Positions 44,626-54,586 are shown, numbered from the stretch's first letter. The stretch: DNA of 64,000 bases from an uncultured delta proteobacterium (GCA_963774445.1 CAVZFC010000035.1:69470-133469); one strand, 5' to 3'. The notes: generated by a model not told the origin, from the sequence alone. A program made the numbers and translations.

Positions 44626-45084
44626 ATGCGAATTGGTGAGCGTTTGGTGGCGGCAGGTGTGGTCTCCGAGTCGGACGTCGCGGAGTCGCTGCGCACCCAG
44701 GGGGTGAGCGCGCGCAGGCTGGCGTCCGAGCTGGTGGCGCTGGGGCGCGTGAGCGAAGACATCGCGTCGCGTGCGCTGGCCGAGCAGGCCTCGGTGCCAG
44801 CGGCCCGCCGCAAGCACTTCGAGCAGGCCGACGACGCGCTGATCGCGCGGGTGCCGGGGCGCGTCGTCCGCGCGCATCACGTCTTTCCCGTGGGGCTCAC
44901 CAGCGGTTCGCGGCAAGAGCTGGTGCTAGCCATGCGCGACCCTGCCGACCTGGCCGCGATCGACGAGGTCAGCTCCCTCTGCGGCTTGCGCGTGCGGCCC
45001 GCGGTGGCGCTGGCCTCCCTGGTCGACGAGCAGATCGCCGCGCGCTACCCAATGACGAGCTCGCTGCCGACGAGCCACCGCTGA
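44626..45084 (+). CDS. MshEN / T2SS-GspE N-terminal-like domain protein
   Basis: …RIGERLVAAGVVSESDVAESLRTQ…RLASELVALGRVSEDIASRALAEQ resembles the GSPII_E_N/MshEN fold. Confidence 0.6.
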   Translation: MRIGERLVAAGVVSESDVAESLRTQGVSARRLASELVALGRVSEDIASRALAEQASVPAARRKHFEQADDALIARVPGRVVRAHHVFPVGLTSGSRQELVLAMRDPADLAAIDEVSSLCGLRVRPAVALASLVDEQIAARYPMTSSLPTSHR

Positions 45085-45154
45085 TCGAGCTGGCGTCGCT
45101 GCCAATGATTCGATCGCGAGCGATTCGTCAGCATGGTCGAGGTCCGCGCTCCGC

Positions 45155-46275
45155 TCAACGTGCGCCCGTAGCCGCGTCGACGATGGCGCGGAGGATTCGC
45201 ACCATGGTCGCCAGCTCGCCGGCCAGCGCGCGCGGTCCGGGGGCGCCGGTCTCGCGCCGGGTGTGACCATAGAGTCCGGTCAGGTGCACGCGCGGGCGGG
45301 CCGCGGCGGGCAGGAGCGCCGCCAGGGCAGGGGCGTGAACGTACGGGATCACGTCGTCGTCGACGCCGTGCACGAGGTTGACCGGACAGCGGACGTCGGC
45401 GGCGTACGGCGCCGGATCGAGAAACGCGGTGCGCGAGGCCGAGCGCGCCAGCGCGTCCGCGGCCAACTCGCGGCCACCGGGCTCGGCGCCGCAGCCGACG
45501 AGGAACAGCGAGCGCATGTCGGCCGGCAGGTTGACGGCGATCGCCCGCGCCACCTCGAGATGCCGGTCGCCGGTTTTCATCTCGGTGCGGCCCCAGGTCG
45601 CCTCGACGTAGCGGCGCCACGACGCCAGTAGCGGCTGCGGATCGGCCGGCGCACCAGGCAGGTCGTCGATCAAGTTCATGAACACCACCGGCTGGTTGAG
45701 CGGATCGCGCACGGTGTGCGGGCGTCCGTCGAGCTCGCCGGTGAGGCAGAAGTCGATCGTCTCCTGCCAGCTGGCGTAGCCGCCGAACAGCACCAGGGCG
45801 CCGACGCGATCGCGCTGCGCGGCGCGCGACGCGGCGTAGAGCGCGGGCAGTGAGCCGAACGAGATGCTGAACAGGCCGACGCGGTCGACGCCGGCGAGCT
45901 CTGGACGCGCCAGCAGCGCGTCGAGGGCGCGCTCGAAGTCGGTCAGGCAGGAGGGGGCGACGCGCAGGGCGGTGTAGTCCGGCAGCCACGGCGCCAGCAC
46001 CGCGAAGCCGGCGGCGGCCAGCACCGCGCACAGCCGGTCCATCCGTGGATCCGCCGGCCCGGCGTAGTGCAGCCCGGGCGCGATCAGGTAGGCCCCTGAT
46101 GGGCGGCGCGGGGGCAGATAGAGCCGGGCCGGCAGCGGCCGGTCACCGGAGCGCGATGGCGGCACGTCGATCACGCGGCGCACGACGCCGCCGGGCGCCC
46201 GCGCGTCGGCCGCCCAAGGTCCGAGCCAGCGCGCGAGGGCCGCATAGGCACGGGCGGTGTCGACCAGGCGGGGCA
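45155..46275 (-). CDS. Alpha/beta hydrolase (dienelactone-hydrolase-like)
   Basis: …GLFSISFGS (GxSxG)… The long listed ORF has an R-rich nonsense 5' half. A GTG start is inferred just after the upstream gene stop. Confidence 0.65.
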
Positions 46276-46284
46276 CGGAGGCCG

Positions 46285-46956
46285 CTACTGCTTTGCGTCG
46301 GTCGCCGCCCGGGCGACGCGCGCGCGCAGCTCGAGCAGATCGGGGTCGGCCGGCTCGCCGGGGTCGACCGCCCGCATCTTGCCGACCCAGCGGAAGTGGC
46401 CGCTGTCGTAGACGAAGCTCCAGATGTGGAAGCCGTTGTCCTTGCCCGCCGTGCGCAGGCGCACCGAGTAGAGCGGGGTCGGCTGAACCATCGCGGCGAG
46501 CGCCAGATTCTGGTAGCCGGTCGCGTCGGGATCGCCGGGGTGGGAGAACGACTCGACGTCGAGGTCGGTCTGCTTCTTGGCGACCAATGCTTCGAGTATG
46601 TGCCGCAGCTGATCGAAGTTGCCGGCAGTGGGCGCGTAGGCGTCGGCGAGCTTCTGTCCCATGGCGTCGCCGAACGTCCGGCGGAACCAGAGCGCGGGCT
46701 CGCGCAGCTCGAAGCTCGCGGTCAGCGCGGCGGCGCGCTTGCGATCGTGATCTTCGATCGCCGCGAACAGATCGCGAAACAGATGCTCTAGCCCTGCGGC
46801 GCTCTGCTCGTACGGGGCGTCGTCGCCACCGGCGCGGTCGTGGACCGCCTTGCCGGCTGCTCCGCTCGCACCGTGGCTGTTGTCTCCACAGGATGCCGCG
46901 GCCATGCCGAGCGCGGCGACGAGGGCGACCCACCACACCTTGCGGCATTGTCGCAC
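46285..46956 (-). CDS. hypothetical lipoprotein
   Basis: Signal peptide plus lipobox (ALGMAAASC). Start ambiguous (TTG at 47046 or GTG at about 46956). Confidence 0.45.
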   Translation of the reverse strand: MRQCRKVWWVALVAALGMAAASCGDNSHGASGAAGKAVHDRAGGDDAPYEQSAAGLEHLFRDLFAAIEDHDRKRAAALTASFELREPALWFRRTFGDAMGQKLADAYAPTAGNFDQLRHILEALVAKKQTDLDVESFSHPGDPDATGYQNLALAAMVQPTPLYSVRLRTAGKDNGFHIWSFVYDSGHFRWVGKMRAVDPGEPADPDLLELRARVARAATDAKQ

Positions 46957-47178
46957 GCGCCGCGCGGTGGGCCGTTGCGGGGTGCGTCCTGCCGGTGCCG
47001 GCCGGGTTTCACAAGCGTTTGACACGGCGCGTGAATTGGGCTCCAAACCGTAGTTGTCCTTACGTTCGGTCAGAGCGCTCCACTGTGTTCCATATTACCC
47101 AGTCTACAATCAACTTAAAATCATTGAAAAAAAGGACTCAAAAGAGAACGCGTTCTCATGTACCTTCCCGGTGCAAGT

Positions 47179-47200
47179 GGTCTGGCCAATTGGCCAGACC
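47179..47200. promoter_or_regulatory. 22-bp perfect palindrome GGTCTGGCCAATTGGCCAGACC (candidate operator) in AT-rich leader
   Basis: Exact inverted repeat about 30 bp upstream of the lipoprotein ATG at 47233. It lies inside an unusually AT-rich region (47050..47160) in a >70% GC context. Confidence 0.5.
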
Positions 47201-47232
47201 CATGTAAGTCGCACTACTCAGGGAGGGAAGAA

Positions 47233-49752
47233 ATGAGCCGTAGGGGAGTCACGGCGCTGGCGCTGGCCGTTGTGTGTTCGGCTGGCTGTTCGAATATCCA
47301 GCTCGATCCACCCGCAGAGATCATCCACGCCCGGTTCGATCCGGACGCCAAGGTGATCCCGATGCCCACCGACATCCTGCGCGACGCCGACGCGGCGCAC
47401 CTGGATGTCCCCACCGACGACGCCGACCTCACCGACGCCGAGCGGGAGTTCTACACTTTCCTCGACACCCTCGACGGTTGGTCGAGCGCGATGGCTGCGA
47501 CCGTGGAGTTCACCGCGCCGGTGAGCCCGCAGACCATCAACGCCGACACCGTGCAGGTGTGGCAGTGGCGCGAGACGCCGCGGCTGGTCAACGGCGTGCG
47601 CATCTCGCTGTCGGATGACGAGACCAAGCTGACCATCGACGCCCCGCGCGAAGGCTGGGAGCGGGGTGGCAAATACTTCGTCGTCGTTCGCGGCGGCAGC
47701 GCTGGCGTCGAGGGCAAGCGCGGCGAAAAGGTCGAGGCCGACGCCGCCTTCTACTTCCTGCGCCTGAAGGACCGCCTCGACGTGCCCGAGCACGAGCGCG
47801 CCTTCCCCGGCGATACCCGCGCCGAGCGGCAGGACAACGCCCAGAAGCTGGAGGAGATCCGCGAGGACCTGTCGCCGTTCTTCGAATTCTTCGAGGCCCG
47901 CGGCATCTCGCGCGACGAGGTCGCCGCACTCTGGTCGTTCACCGTCACCGAGCGGGTCGAGCTGGCCATGGACAAGGCGTCGCAGCGCATGCCGCTGCCG
48001 ATCGACCTGCTCATCGATCCCGACACCGGCAAGGTCGACCTGCCGGTGGCCGACTGGGACAGCGACGTCGAGGCCAACGCCAAGGTGCAGCTGCGCGAAT
48101 ACGACGGCTTCGGCACCTCGGCCAACCTGCTGTTCGGGTTCACCGGCCCGATCGATCCCGCGACCATCACCGCCGACTCGGTGCAGCTGTACGAGGCGTC
48201 CAACCCACCGCGGCTGATCCCGGCGACGGTCAACGTGCTGCCGGATCTCGAGCACGTGGAGATCATCCCCGACCACCAGCCGCTGCCGGAGCGGACCCGC
48301 TTCGCCGTGGTCGTTCACGACAGCGTGCGCGACGCCGACGGCCAGCCGATCATCGTCATGCCGGTCGGCCACTTCCTGGAGTCCAAGAGCCCGATCTACG
48401 TTGACGGCGAGAGCCAGGTCGGCGCGGTCGACGCCGACGACGCGCGCAAGCTCGAGCCGGTGCGCGCCGACGTCGAGGCCTTCCTCGGCGATCTCACCCA
48501 GGCCAGCGACACCAGCGACGTGCTGTCGGCCTGGACCTTCACGACCATGACGGTGCAGGCACCGATGGACGAGTTGGTCAAAGAGCCGGAGCTCACCCAC
48601 GTGTCGCCCGACCCGACCGACCTCCAGCACATGACCCCGCTCGAGGCGTCCAACGACTTTCCCCTCGGCTTTACCTCGCTGATCGGCGTGGGCGACGTCT
48701 ACAACGGCATGATCGAGTCGCCGATCTTCCTCGATCCGCTGACTCGGGGCTGGCGCACCGACGGCAGCTACTCGGTGGAGAAGATCCCGTTCACCATGAC
48801 CATTCCGCGGTCGGCCCAGCCGGGCAAACCGCTGCCGGTGGTGATCTTCGGCCACGCCATCATGACTGAGCGGCGCTTCGTCCTGTCGATCGCCGAGCAG
48901 TTGGCCGAGCGCGGCTTCGCCGCCATCGCCATCGACCTGCCGTTCCACGGCGACCGCACCTACTGCTGGTCGGAGGGGCCGCTCAGCATCCCCAACCCGC
49001 AGACCGGCGAGCTGACCCCGCTGCAGGATCCGTGCGAAGACGGCTACACCTGCAACGACGACGGCCGCTGCGTCGACGCGGCGGGCCACGGCAACCACCT
49101 GCGCGACTGGCCGATCATCGGCATGCACCAGGCGTCCGGCGCGGCGTTCATCGAGATCGAGCACATCGCCAACACCCGCGACCATTTTCGCCAGTCGGTC
49201 ATCGACCTGGCGTCGCTGTCGCGGGCGCTGCGCAAGGGTGACTGGGAGTCGGCGATCGGCCTGACGCTGAAGACCGACGAGCTCTACTATGTCGGCCAGT
49301 CACTGGGCGGCATCATCGGCGCCACGTTCGTGCCGCTGTCGCCCGAGATCAAGCGCGCGGTGCTCAACGTGCCCGGCGCTGACACGGTCGACCTGTTCAA
49401 GGACTCGACCTACTTCGGCCCCCACGTGCAGGCATTCTTCAACCGCGAGGGCGTCGAACCCGACAGCTTCGAGGGCCACCGCTTCCTCAACGTCGCTCGC
49501 TGGTTCATGGACTCGACCGATCCGGCCAGCGTCGCCGATCGGCTGATGACCAATCGCGACGTGCTGCTGCAGATGGCCACGCTCGACTTCATCATTCCCA
49601 ACGAGTACACGAAGAAGCTACAGGACCTGTCGGGCGCGCCGCGCCTCGACTACGTGGCCGAGCACGCCTTCCTGGTGGTGCCGGTCGAGCCCGAGTATCT
49701 GCACGGCTCGATCGACATGGCCAACTTCATCAACGGGACGCTGCAGCCATGA
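47233..49752 (+). CDS. Large lipoprotein with C-terminal alpha/beta-hydrolase (lipase/esterase-like, GQSLGG) domain
   Basis: Strong RBS (gggagggaag). Signal peptide plus lipobox (VVCSAGC). GxSxG nucleophile motif GQSLGG. Confidence 0.7.
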   Translation: MSRRGVTALALAVVCSAGCSNIQLDPPAEIIHARFDPDAKVIPMPTDILRDADAAHLDVPTDDADLTDAEREFYTFLDTLDGWSSAMAATVEFTAPVSPQTINADTVQVWQWRETPRLVNGVRISLSDDETKLTIDAPREGWERGGKYFVVVRGGSAGVEGKRGEKVEADAAFYFLRLKDRLDVPEHERAFPGDTRAERQDNAQKLEEIREDLSPFFEFFEARGISRDEVAALWSFTVTERVELAMDKASQRMPLPIDLLIDPDTGKVDLPVADWDSDVEANAKVQLREYDGFGTSANLLFGFTGPIDPATITADSVQLYEASNPPRLIPATVNVLPDLEHVEIIPDHQPLPERTRFAVVVHDSVRDADGQPIIVMPVGHFLESKSPIYVDGESQVGAVDADDARKLEPVRADVEAFLGDLTQASDTSDVLSAWTFTTMTVQAPMDELVKEPELTHVSPDPTDLQHMTPLEASNDFPLGFTSLIGVGDVYNGMIESPIFLDPLTRGWRTDGSYSVEKIPFTMTIPRSAQPGKPLPVVIFGHAIMTERRFVLSIAEQLAERGFAAIAIDLPFHGDRTYCWSEGPLSIPNPQTGELTPLQDPCEDGYTCNDDGRCVDAAGHGNHLRDWPIIGMHQASGAAFIEIEHIANTRDHFRQSVIDLASLSRALRKGDWESAIGLTLKTDELYYVGQSLGGIIGATFVPLSPEIKRAVLNVPGADTVDLFKDSTYFGPHVQAFFNREGVEPDSFEGHRFLNVARWFMDSTDPASVADRLMTNRDVLLQMATLDFIIPNEYTKKLQDLSGAPRLDYVAEHAFLVVPVEPEYLHGSIDMANFINGTLQP

Positions 49753-50975
49753 CGCGCGGAGGGATGACGATGAAACGACTGGCAACATCGATCGCATTGG
49801 CCCTGGGGCTGACCCTGGCCGCGGTCGGCACCGCGTCCGCCGGCGGCTTCTCGGTTGCCGAGCAGAGCGCCGTTGCCGGCGGCACCGCCGGGGCGTCGAC
49901 TGCCCGCGCCGACGACGCGGGCGCCGCCTGGTACAACCCCGCGGCGCTGGCCGACGGCGGCGGGGTGCGCCTCGGCTTCGGCATGTTGGCGGCGATGCCG
50001 ACGATCCACGCCGAGGCGATGGACGGCGCCTGGCAGACTGACGCGAGCTCTGGCATCTCCATGCCGCCGCAGCTCGGCGCCAGCTACGCCGCCGGCAAGC
50101 TGGCCGTGGGCGTCTTTGTCGGCGTGCCGTTCGGCGGCGGAGTCGCCTGGCCCGAGGACTGGGCCGGGCGCCACGAGATCATCTCGTCGCAGATCGAGGT
50201 CTTTCGCCTGGCGCCGTTCGTCGCCTGGCGCTTCGACCGGCTGCGCGTGTCGGCCGGCGTGCACGCCGACTTCGGCCGCATGCGCATCCGTCGCTCGCTG
50301 GACTTCGTCGACACCGACGGCGACGTGCGCATCGACATGGACGGGCGCAGCTTCGGCTTCGACCTGGCCGCCTACTACCGGGCCTCGCCCGAGCTGTCGC
50401 TGGGCGCGGCGTACAAGAGCCGCGACACCCTCGAGCTCGAGGGCGGCGCCGACTTCACCGCGCCGGACGCCTTCAGCATGAAGACCGCGGACCAGTCGGT
50501 GGGCACCAGGCTGCACCTGCCCGATCGGATCTCGTTGGGCGGGCGCTGGGCCCGCGGCAAGCTGGCCGTCCTGGGCGACGTCGACGTCACCACCTGGAGC
50601 GTCTACGACAAGCTGGTGATCGACTTTGCCAACGCCGAGACCCCCGACCCGGTGCAGACCACGGCGTGGCAGACCACGGTCGGCGTCCGTGCCGGCGCCG
50701 AGTACGCCGTGCGCCCGGCGACCACGGTGCGCGCCGGCGCCTTCGTCGACCCCAGCCCGGCGCCCAGCGACAACCTGGCGCCGTCGTCGCCCGACTCGAC
50801 CCGCCTGGGCGGCACGGTCGGGGTGAGCCACCGCTTCCGCCGCGATCTGACGGTCGATGCCTTCTACGAGCTGATGATGCTCACCGGGCGCACCTCCGAC
50901 AGCATGAACGATCTGGCCGCCCGCTACAGCGGGCACGCCCAGCTCCTCGGCGTCGGCCTGCGTCTGCACCGCTGA
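49749..50975 (+). CDS. Long-chain fatty acid / hydrophobic compound outer-membrane transporter (FadL/OMPP1 family)
   Basis: Signal peptide. FadL-like N-terminus (GGFSVAEQSA…AWYNPAAL). Beta-barrel. ATGA overlap with the upstream gene. Confidence 0.75.
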   Translation: MTRGGMTMKRLATSIALALGLTLAAVGTASAGGFSVAEQSAVAGGTAGASTARADDAGAAWYNPAALADGGGVRLGFGMLAAMPTIHAEAMDGAWQTDASSGISMPPQLGASYAAGKLAVGVFVGVPFGGGVAWPEDWAGRHEIISSQIEVFRLAPFVAWRFDRLRVSAGVHADFGRMRIRRSLDFVDTDGDVRIDMDGRSFGFDLAAYYRASPELSLGAAYKSRDTLELEGGADFTAPDAFSMKTADQSVGTRLHLPDRISLGGRWARGKLAVLGDVDVTTWSVYDKLVIDFANAETPDPVQTTAWQTTVGVRAGAEYAVRPATTVRAGAFVDPSPAPSDNLAPSSPDSTRLGGTVGVSHRFRRDLTVDAFYELMMLTGRTSDSMNDLAARYSGHAQLLGVGLRLHR

Positions 50976-51022
50976 CCGAGCTACCGGGCGCCCGCCCTTC
51001 GTGATACACGGAGGGCGGGTCC

Positions 51023-52123
51023 ATGGTCGGCAGCTCGGGCAAGCCGCGCGTGGTGCTGGTCGGGCGCCGCAAGGCGGCAGCGGCAACGGCGCGGCGGCTT
51101 GGTCTGCGTCCGGTCACGATCGTGCCCGGCGACGACGTCGTGGAGCGCGCGCGCGAAGCGCTGGCAGAGCGTCCGCCCAGCGCCGTGGTCGCGGTCTCCG
51201 AGCGTTCGGTCGCCGACGCCGCGGCGATTCGCGCGGCCCTCGGTCTGCCGGGGATGAGCGTCAACGCCGCGCACCGCTGCACCGACAAGCTGGCGATGAA
51301 GCGCGCTGCCGCGGCCGCCGGCGTGCCGATCACGCGCTGGCTGGAGGTCGAGCCGGGCGCGTGCGCCGCCGATCTGATCGACCAGCTCGGGCTGCCGCTG
51401 GTGCTCAAGCACCGCGTCGGCTCGGGCGGGCGCGAGCTTTACGTGGCGCAGACAGCGGGCGAGGTCGCGGCCGCGATGCGACCGGGCCTCCTGGCCGAGG
51501 CGTTCGTCAACGGCGTGGAGATGAGCGTCGAGAGCCTGCTGGCCGGCGGTGAGGTGGTGTTCCGCAACCCGACCCGCTACCTCGAGCCGCGCTGGGCCAA
51601 CGTCGTGCCCGCCGCGCTGCCGGCCGCCGAGCGGGCGCGCGTTTACGCGCTGGTCGACCAGGTGCACCGCGCCTTCGGCATCGACCGCGGCATGACCCAC
51701 GCCGAGCTGTTCCTGACCGAGCACGGCCCGGTTTTCGGCGAGATCGCCGCGCGCCCGCCGGGCGGTTATCTGATGGAGCTGATCCGCCTGGCGTACGGCT
51801 TCGATCCGTGGGAGGCGGTGATGCGGATCGAGCTCGGCGAGGCCCCCGCGCTGCCGCAGCAGGCGAACTGCTTTGCCGCGGTTCGCGTCGTCCACCCCGG
51901 CGCCGGCATCGTCATGGCCGTTTCCGGCGCCGATCGGGCCAGCGCGCTGCCCGGCGTCGAGCGGGTTCGGCTGGCGTTGGCTTCCGGCGACAGCGTCGGC
52001 CCGCGCCTGGGGGCCGGGCAGAATGTCGGCGAGGTCGTCGTCACCGCCGGCGATCACGATACCTGCGTCGCCCGCCTGGCCGCCGCCGCGGCCGAGCTCC
52101 ACATCGAGCTGTCACCGCACTAG
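51023..52123 (+). CDS. ATP-grasp domain protein (carboxylate-amine ligase-like)
   Basis: ATP-grasp fold motifs (…LPLVLKHRVGSGGRELYVAQT…). RBS (ggaggg). Confidence 0.8.
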   Translation: MVGSSGKPRVVLVGRRKAAAATARRLGLRPVTIVPGDDVVERAREALAERPPSAVVAVSERSVADAAAIRAALGLPGMSVNAAHRCTDKLAMKRAAAAAGVPITRWLEVEPGACAADLIDQLGLPLVLKHRVGSGGRELYVAQTAGEVAAAMRPGLLAEAFVNGVEMSVESLLAGGEVVFRNPTRYLEPRWANVVPAALPAAERARVYALVDQVHRAFGIDRGMTHAELFLTEHGPVFGEIAARPPGGYLMELIRLAYGFDPWEAVMRIELGEAPALPQQANCFAAVRVVHPGAGIVMAVSGADRASALPGVERVRLALASGDSVGPRLGAGQNVGEVVVTAGDHDTCVARLAAAAAELHIELSPH

Positions 52124-53155
52124 CGGCGGCCGATCTCTGATGCCGACGCGGGCGCCGCTGCCGGTGTTCTCGGCAAAGGCGTGGCCGCCGTGGGCGCGGG
52201 CGATGCGCTGGACCAGCGCCAGGCCGAGACCCAGCGAGCCCTGCCCGCGCCGCTCGCCGCGGTAGAACGGCTCGAATACCCGGCCGACGTCGCCGTCAGC
52301 GAACCCGGGCCCGCGGTCCTCGACCGCGATGGTCAGCTGCTCGGGCGTGCCGGTGATGCGCAACGCGACGATCTTTTCGGCGTGGCGGCGGGCGTTCTCC
52401 AGCAGGTTGCCGACCGCGCGGGCCAGCAGGGTGGCGTCGCCGGACAGCGACGTATCCGATGCTTCGACCTCCAGCACGGCGGCGTCAACGTCGGCGCGGT
52501 CGAGGGCGCGGGTGCACAGATCAACCGCGTCGAGCGGCCGGTGGTCGATGGCGTCGAACTCGACCCGCGACGTGGCGAGCAGCTGATCCACCAGATGCTC
52601 GACGTCGTCGATCTCGCGCTCGAGCTCGGCCAGGCGGTCGAGCTCGCCGTCGCGCGCCAGCTCGGCGATTACCTTCATGTGGCCCAGCGGCGTGCGCAGC
52701 TCGTGGGAGACCGCGGCCAGCAATGCCTGCTGGTCGGCCACCTGTTTCTCGATGCGCTCGGCCATGTCGTTGAGGGTGTCGCCCAGGTCGGCGATCTCGC
52801 CGGAGACGAAGTCGGGCAAGTGGACCCGCGAGGACAGGTCGCCGTCGGCGAGGTCGCGGGCCACGCGAGTGACGAGCACCAGCGGCCAGACGAGGAAGCG
52901 GGCGATCGCGCCCGACGCCGCCCACAACATGATCCCGGCGATGGCCATGGCCGCGTAGCGGTGCTCGCCGGAGGCGTCGCGGCCGAAGATGGCGCTGACG
53001 ACGACGAAGGTGACGATGATCGACAGTCCAAACCAGACGAAGATGCGCCAATGCATGCGCAGGTGCCGGGCGCGGCCTCGCGGCGTGCAGCGGTGCGGGT
53101 GATGGTCGCGAAAGGGATGGTGGCGGTAGTGCCGGTAGCGCCAGCGGTGTCTCAT
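52112..53155 (-). CDS. Two-component sensor histidine kinase with His/Arg-rich N-terminus
   Basis: HisKA H-box (AVSHELRTPL), HATPase_c N/G boxes, TM plus HAMP-like region. The start overlaps the stop of the response-regulator gene. Confidence 0.85.
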   Translation of the reverse strand: MRHRWRYRHYRHHPFRDHHPHRCTPRGRARHLRMHWRIFVWFGLSIIVTFVVVSAIFGRDASGEHRYAAMAIAGIMLWAASGAIARFLVWPLVLVTRVARDLADGDLSSRVHLPDFVSGEIADLGDTLNDMAERIEKQVADQQALLAAVSHELRTPLGHMKVIAELARDGELDRLAELEREIDDVEHLVDQLLATSRVEFDAIDHRPLDAVDLCTRALDRADVDAAVLEVEASDTSLSGDATLLARAVGNLLENARRHAEKIVALRITGTPEQLTIAVEDRGPGFADGDVGRVFEPFYRGERRGQGSLGLGLALVQRIARAHGGHAFAENTGSGARVGIRDRPPLVR

Positions 53156-53841
53156 GGAAGCTCACGCGCCAGCGTGTAGCCGACCCCGCGCACGGTCTTG
53201 ATTCGCCTCGGTGCTCGCGGATCGTCGCCCAGCTTCTTGCGCAGCTTGGAGATGTGGACGTCGACCGTGCGTTCACCGACGCTGACGTCGTCGCGACCGG
53301 CCAGAGACAACAGGGCGTTGCGCGGCACCACCCGCCCGGCGCGGCGCATGAGCGCGACCAGGAGGTCGAACTCGAGCCCGGTCAGGTCGACCCTGGCACC
53401 GTCCACCGTAACCTCTCGCGTCCCGGGCGCCGCGACGATGCCGGCCACCGACAGCCGCTCGTCTTCGGTCGCCGGCGCTGTTCGGCGCAACACCGCGCGC
53501 AGCCGGGCCAGGAGCTCGCGCGGACTGAACGGCTTGGCGACGTAGTCGTCGGCGCCGAGCTCGAGGCCGACGACGCGGTCAGCCTCGTCGCCGCGGGCCG
53601 TCAGCATGAGCACCGGCACGCGGTCTCCGCCGCGGCGCAACCGGCGCAGCACCTCGAGGCCGTCGAGCCCGGGCATCATGCCGTCGAGCAGCACGGCGTC
53701 GAAGCCGCCGGCGTTGAGCGCGGCCAGGCCGGCGGCGCCGTCGCTGGCATGGGCTAGGCTGACGCCGTTGCGCCCGAGGTACTCGTCGAGCAGCTCGAAC
53801 AGGCGGGCGTCGTCGTCGATGAGGAGCACGCGCACGGCCAT
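53152..53841 (-). CDS. OmpR-family response regulator
   Basis: Receiver domain (LLIDDD…D…K) plus winged-helix trans_reg_C (…RGVGYTL). Confidence 0.9.
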   Translation of the reverse strand: MAVRVLLIDDDARLFELLDEYLGRNGVSLAHASDGAAGLAALNAGGFDAVLLDGMMPGLDGLEVLRRLRRGGDRVPVLMLTARGDEADRVVGLELGADDYVAKPFSPRELLARLRAVLRRTAPATEDERLSVAGIVAAPGTREVTVDGARVDLTGLEFDLLVALMRRAGRVVPRNALLSLAGRDDVSVGERTVDVHISKLRKKLGDDPRAPRRIKTVRGVGYTLARELP

Positions 53842-53865
53842 GGCCGCCTCAGCGTAGCAGGAACC

Positions 53866-54369
53866 TCAACGGTACGGACCCCAGCGCAGGGGGCTGCCGC
53901 TTTCGACCATGCGGGCCAGCTCCTCGCGCTGATCCGGCTCGAGGGCCGTGTGGATTTTCGACAGCAGGGCGACGAAAGCGCCTCGGAGGTCGCGCAGGGC
54001 GTCGTCGTGGCGGGAGAACATCTCGCCCATCATCTCGGCGTCAACGTCGTCGGCGCGCAGGGCGCCGGCCAGGTCGTCGCGAGTGCGGCTCTTCTCGCCG
54101 CGCCAGTCGCGGACCGTGCCCATGAACTCGCGGGCGGCGGCGCGGAGGGTCTCCTCCTGCTCGGGACTGGCGTCGAGTCGATCGACCAGGTAGTCGATCC
54201 CGGCGCGGTAGCCGCGCCGCCGGTGGCGGCCGCCGAAGCGACCGCGGGCAGACGGCTCATGATCGCGATGATGGTGGAGGTAGTGATGCCCGTGGGCGTA
54301 GCAGTGGCGGTGGCGGGCGAAGCGGGCCAGACCGATCAGGGCGATGCTTCCGACGATGATTCCGATCAT
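53866..54369 (-). CDS. Spy/CpxP/ZraP-like periplasmic protein with His-rich N-terminal segment
   Basis: RBS (aggag). Signal anchor. His-rich stretch (HRHCYAHGHHYLHHHRDHE). LTxxQ-like repeats (SPEQEETL, EPDQREEL). Confidence 0.6.
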   Translation of the reverse strand: MIGIIVGSIALIGLARFARHRHCYAHGHHYLHHHRDHEPSARGRFGGRHRRRGYRAGIDYLVDRLDASPEQEETLRAAAREFMGTVRDWRGEKSRTRDDLAGALRADDVDAEMMGEMFSRHDDALRDLRGAFVALLSKIHTALEPDQREELARMVESGSPLRWGPYR

Positions 54370-54586
54370 TCTCGGCTCCTTGTGAGGCTCGTTGGGGGAT
54401 TGGGTCGAGTCACACTGTGGGGCGAGCATGTGAAGGCCGGCCGCTTCCCGCCGTGAAGAAGTGTGAAGCCGGTCGCTGGAGACGAATGGCTACCGGGCGA
54501 GCCCCCTGGGGGCGACCGGCGCGGGGACGGCTGTGCGCGGAAGCGCGCACGAATCGCCAAAGCGTACGGCCCTCCTTTGTACGCTG

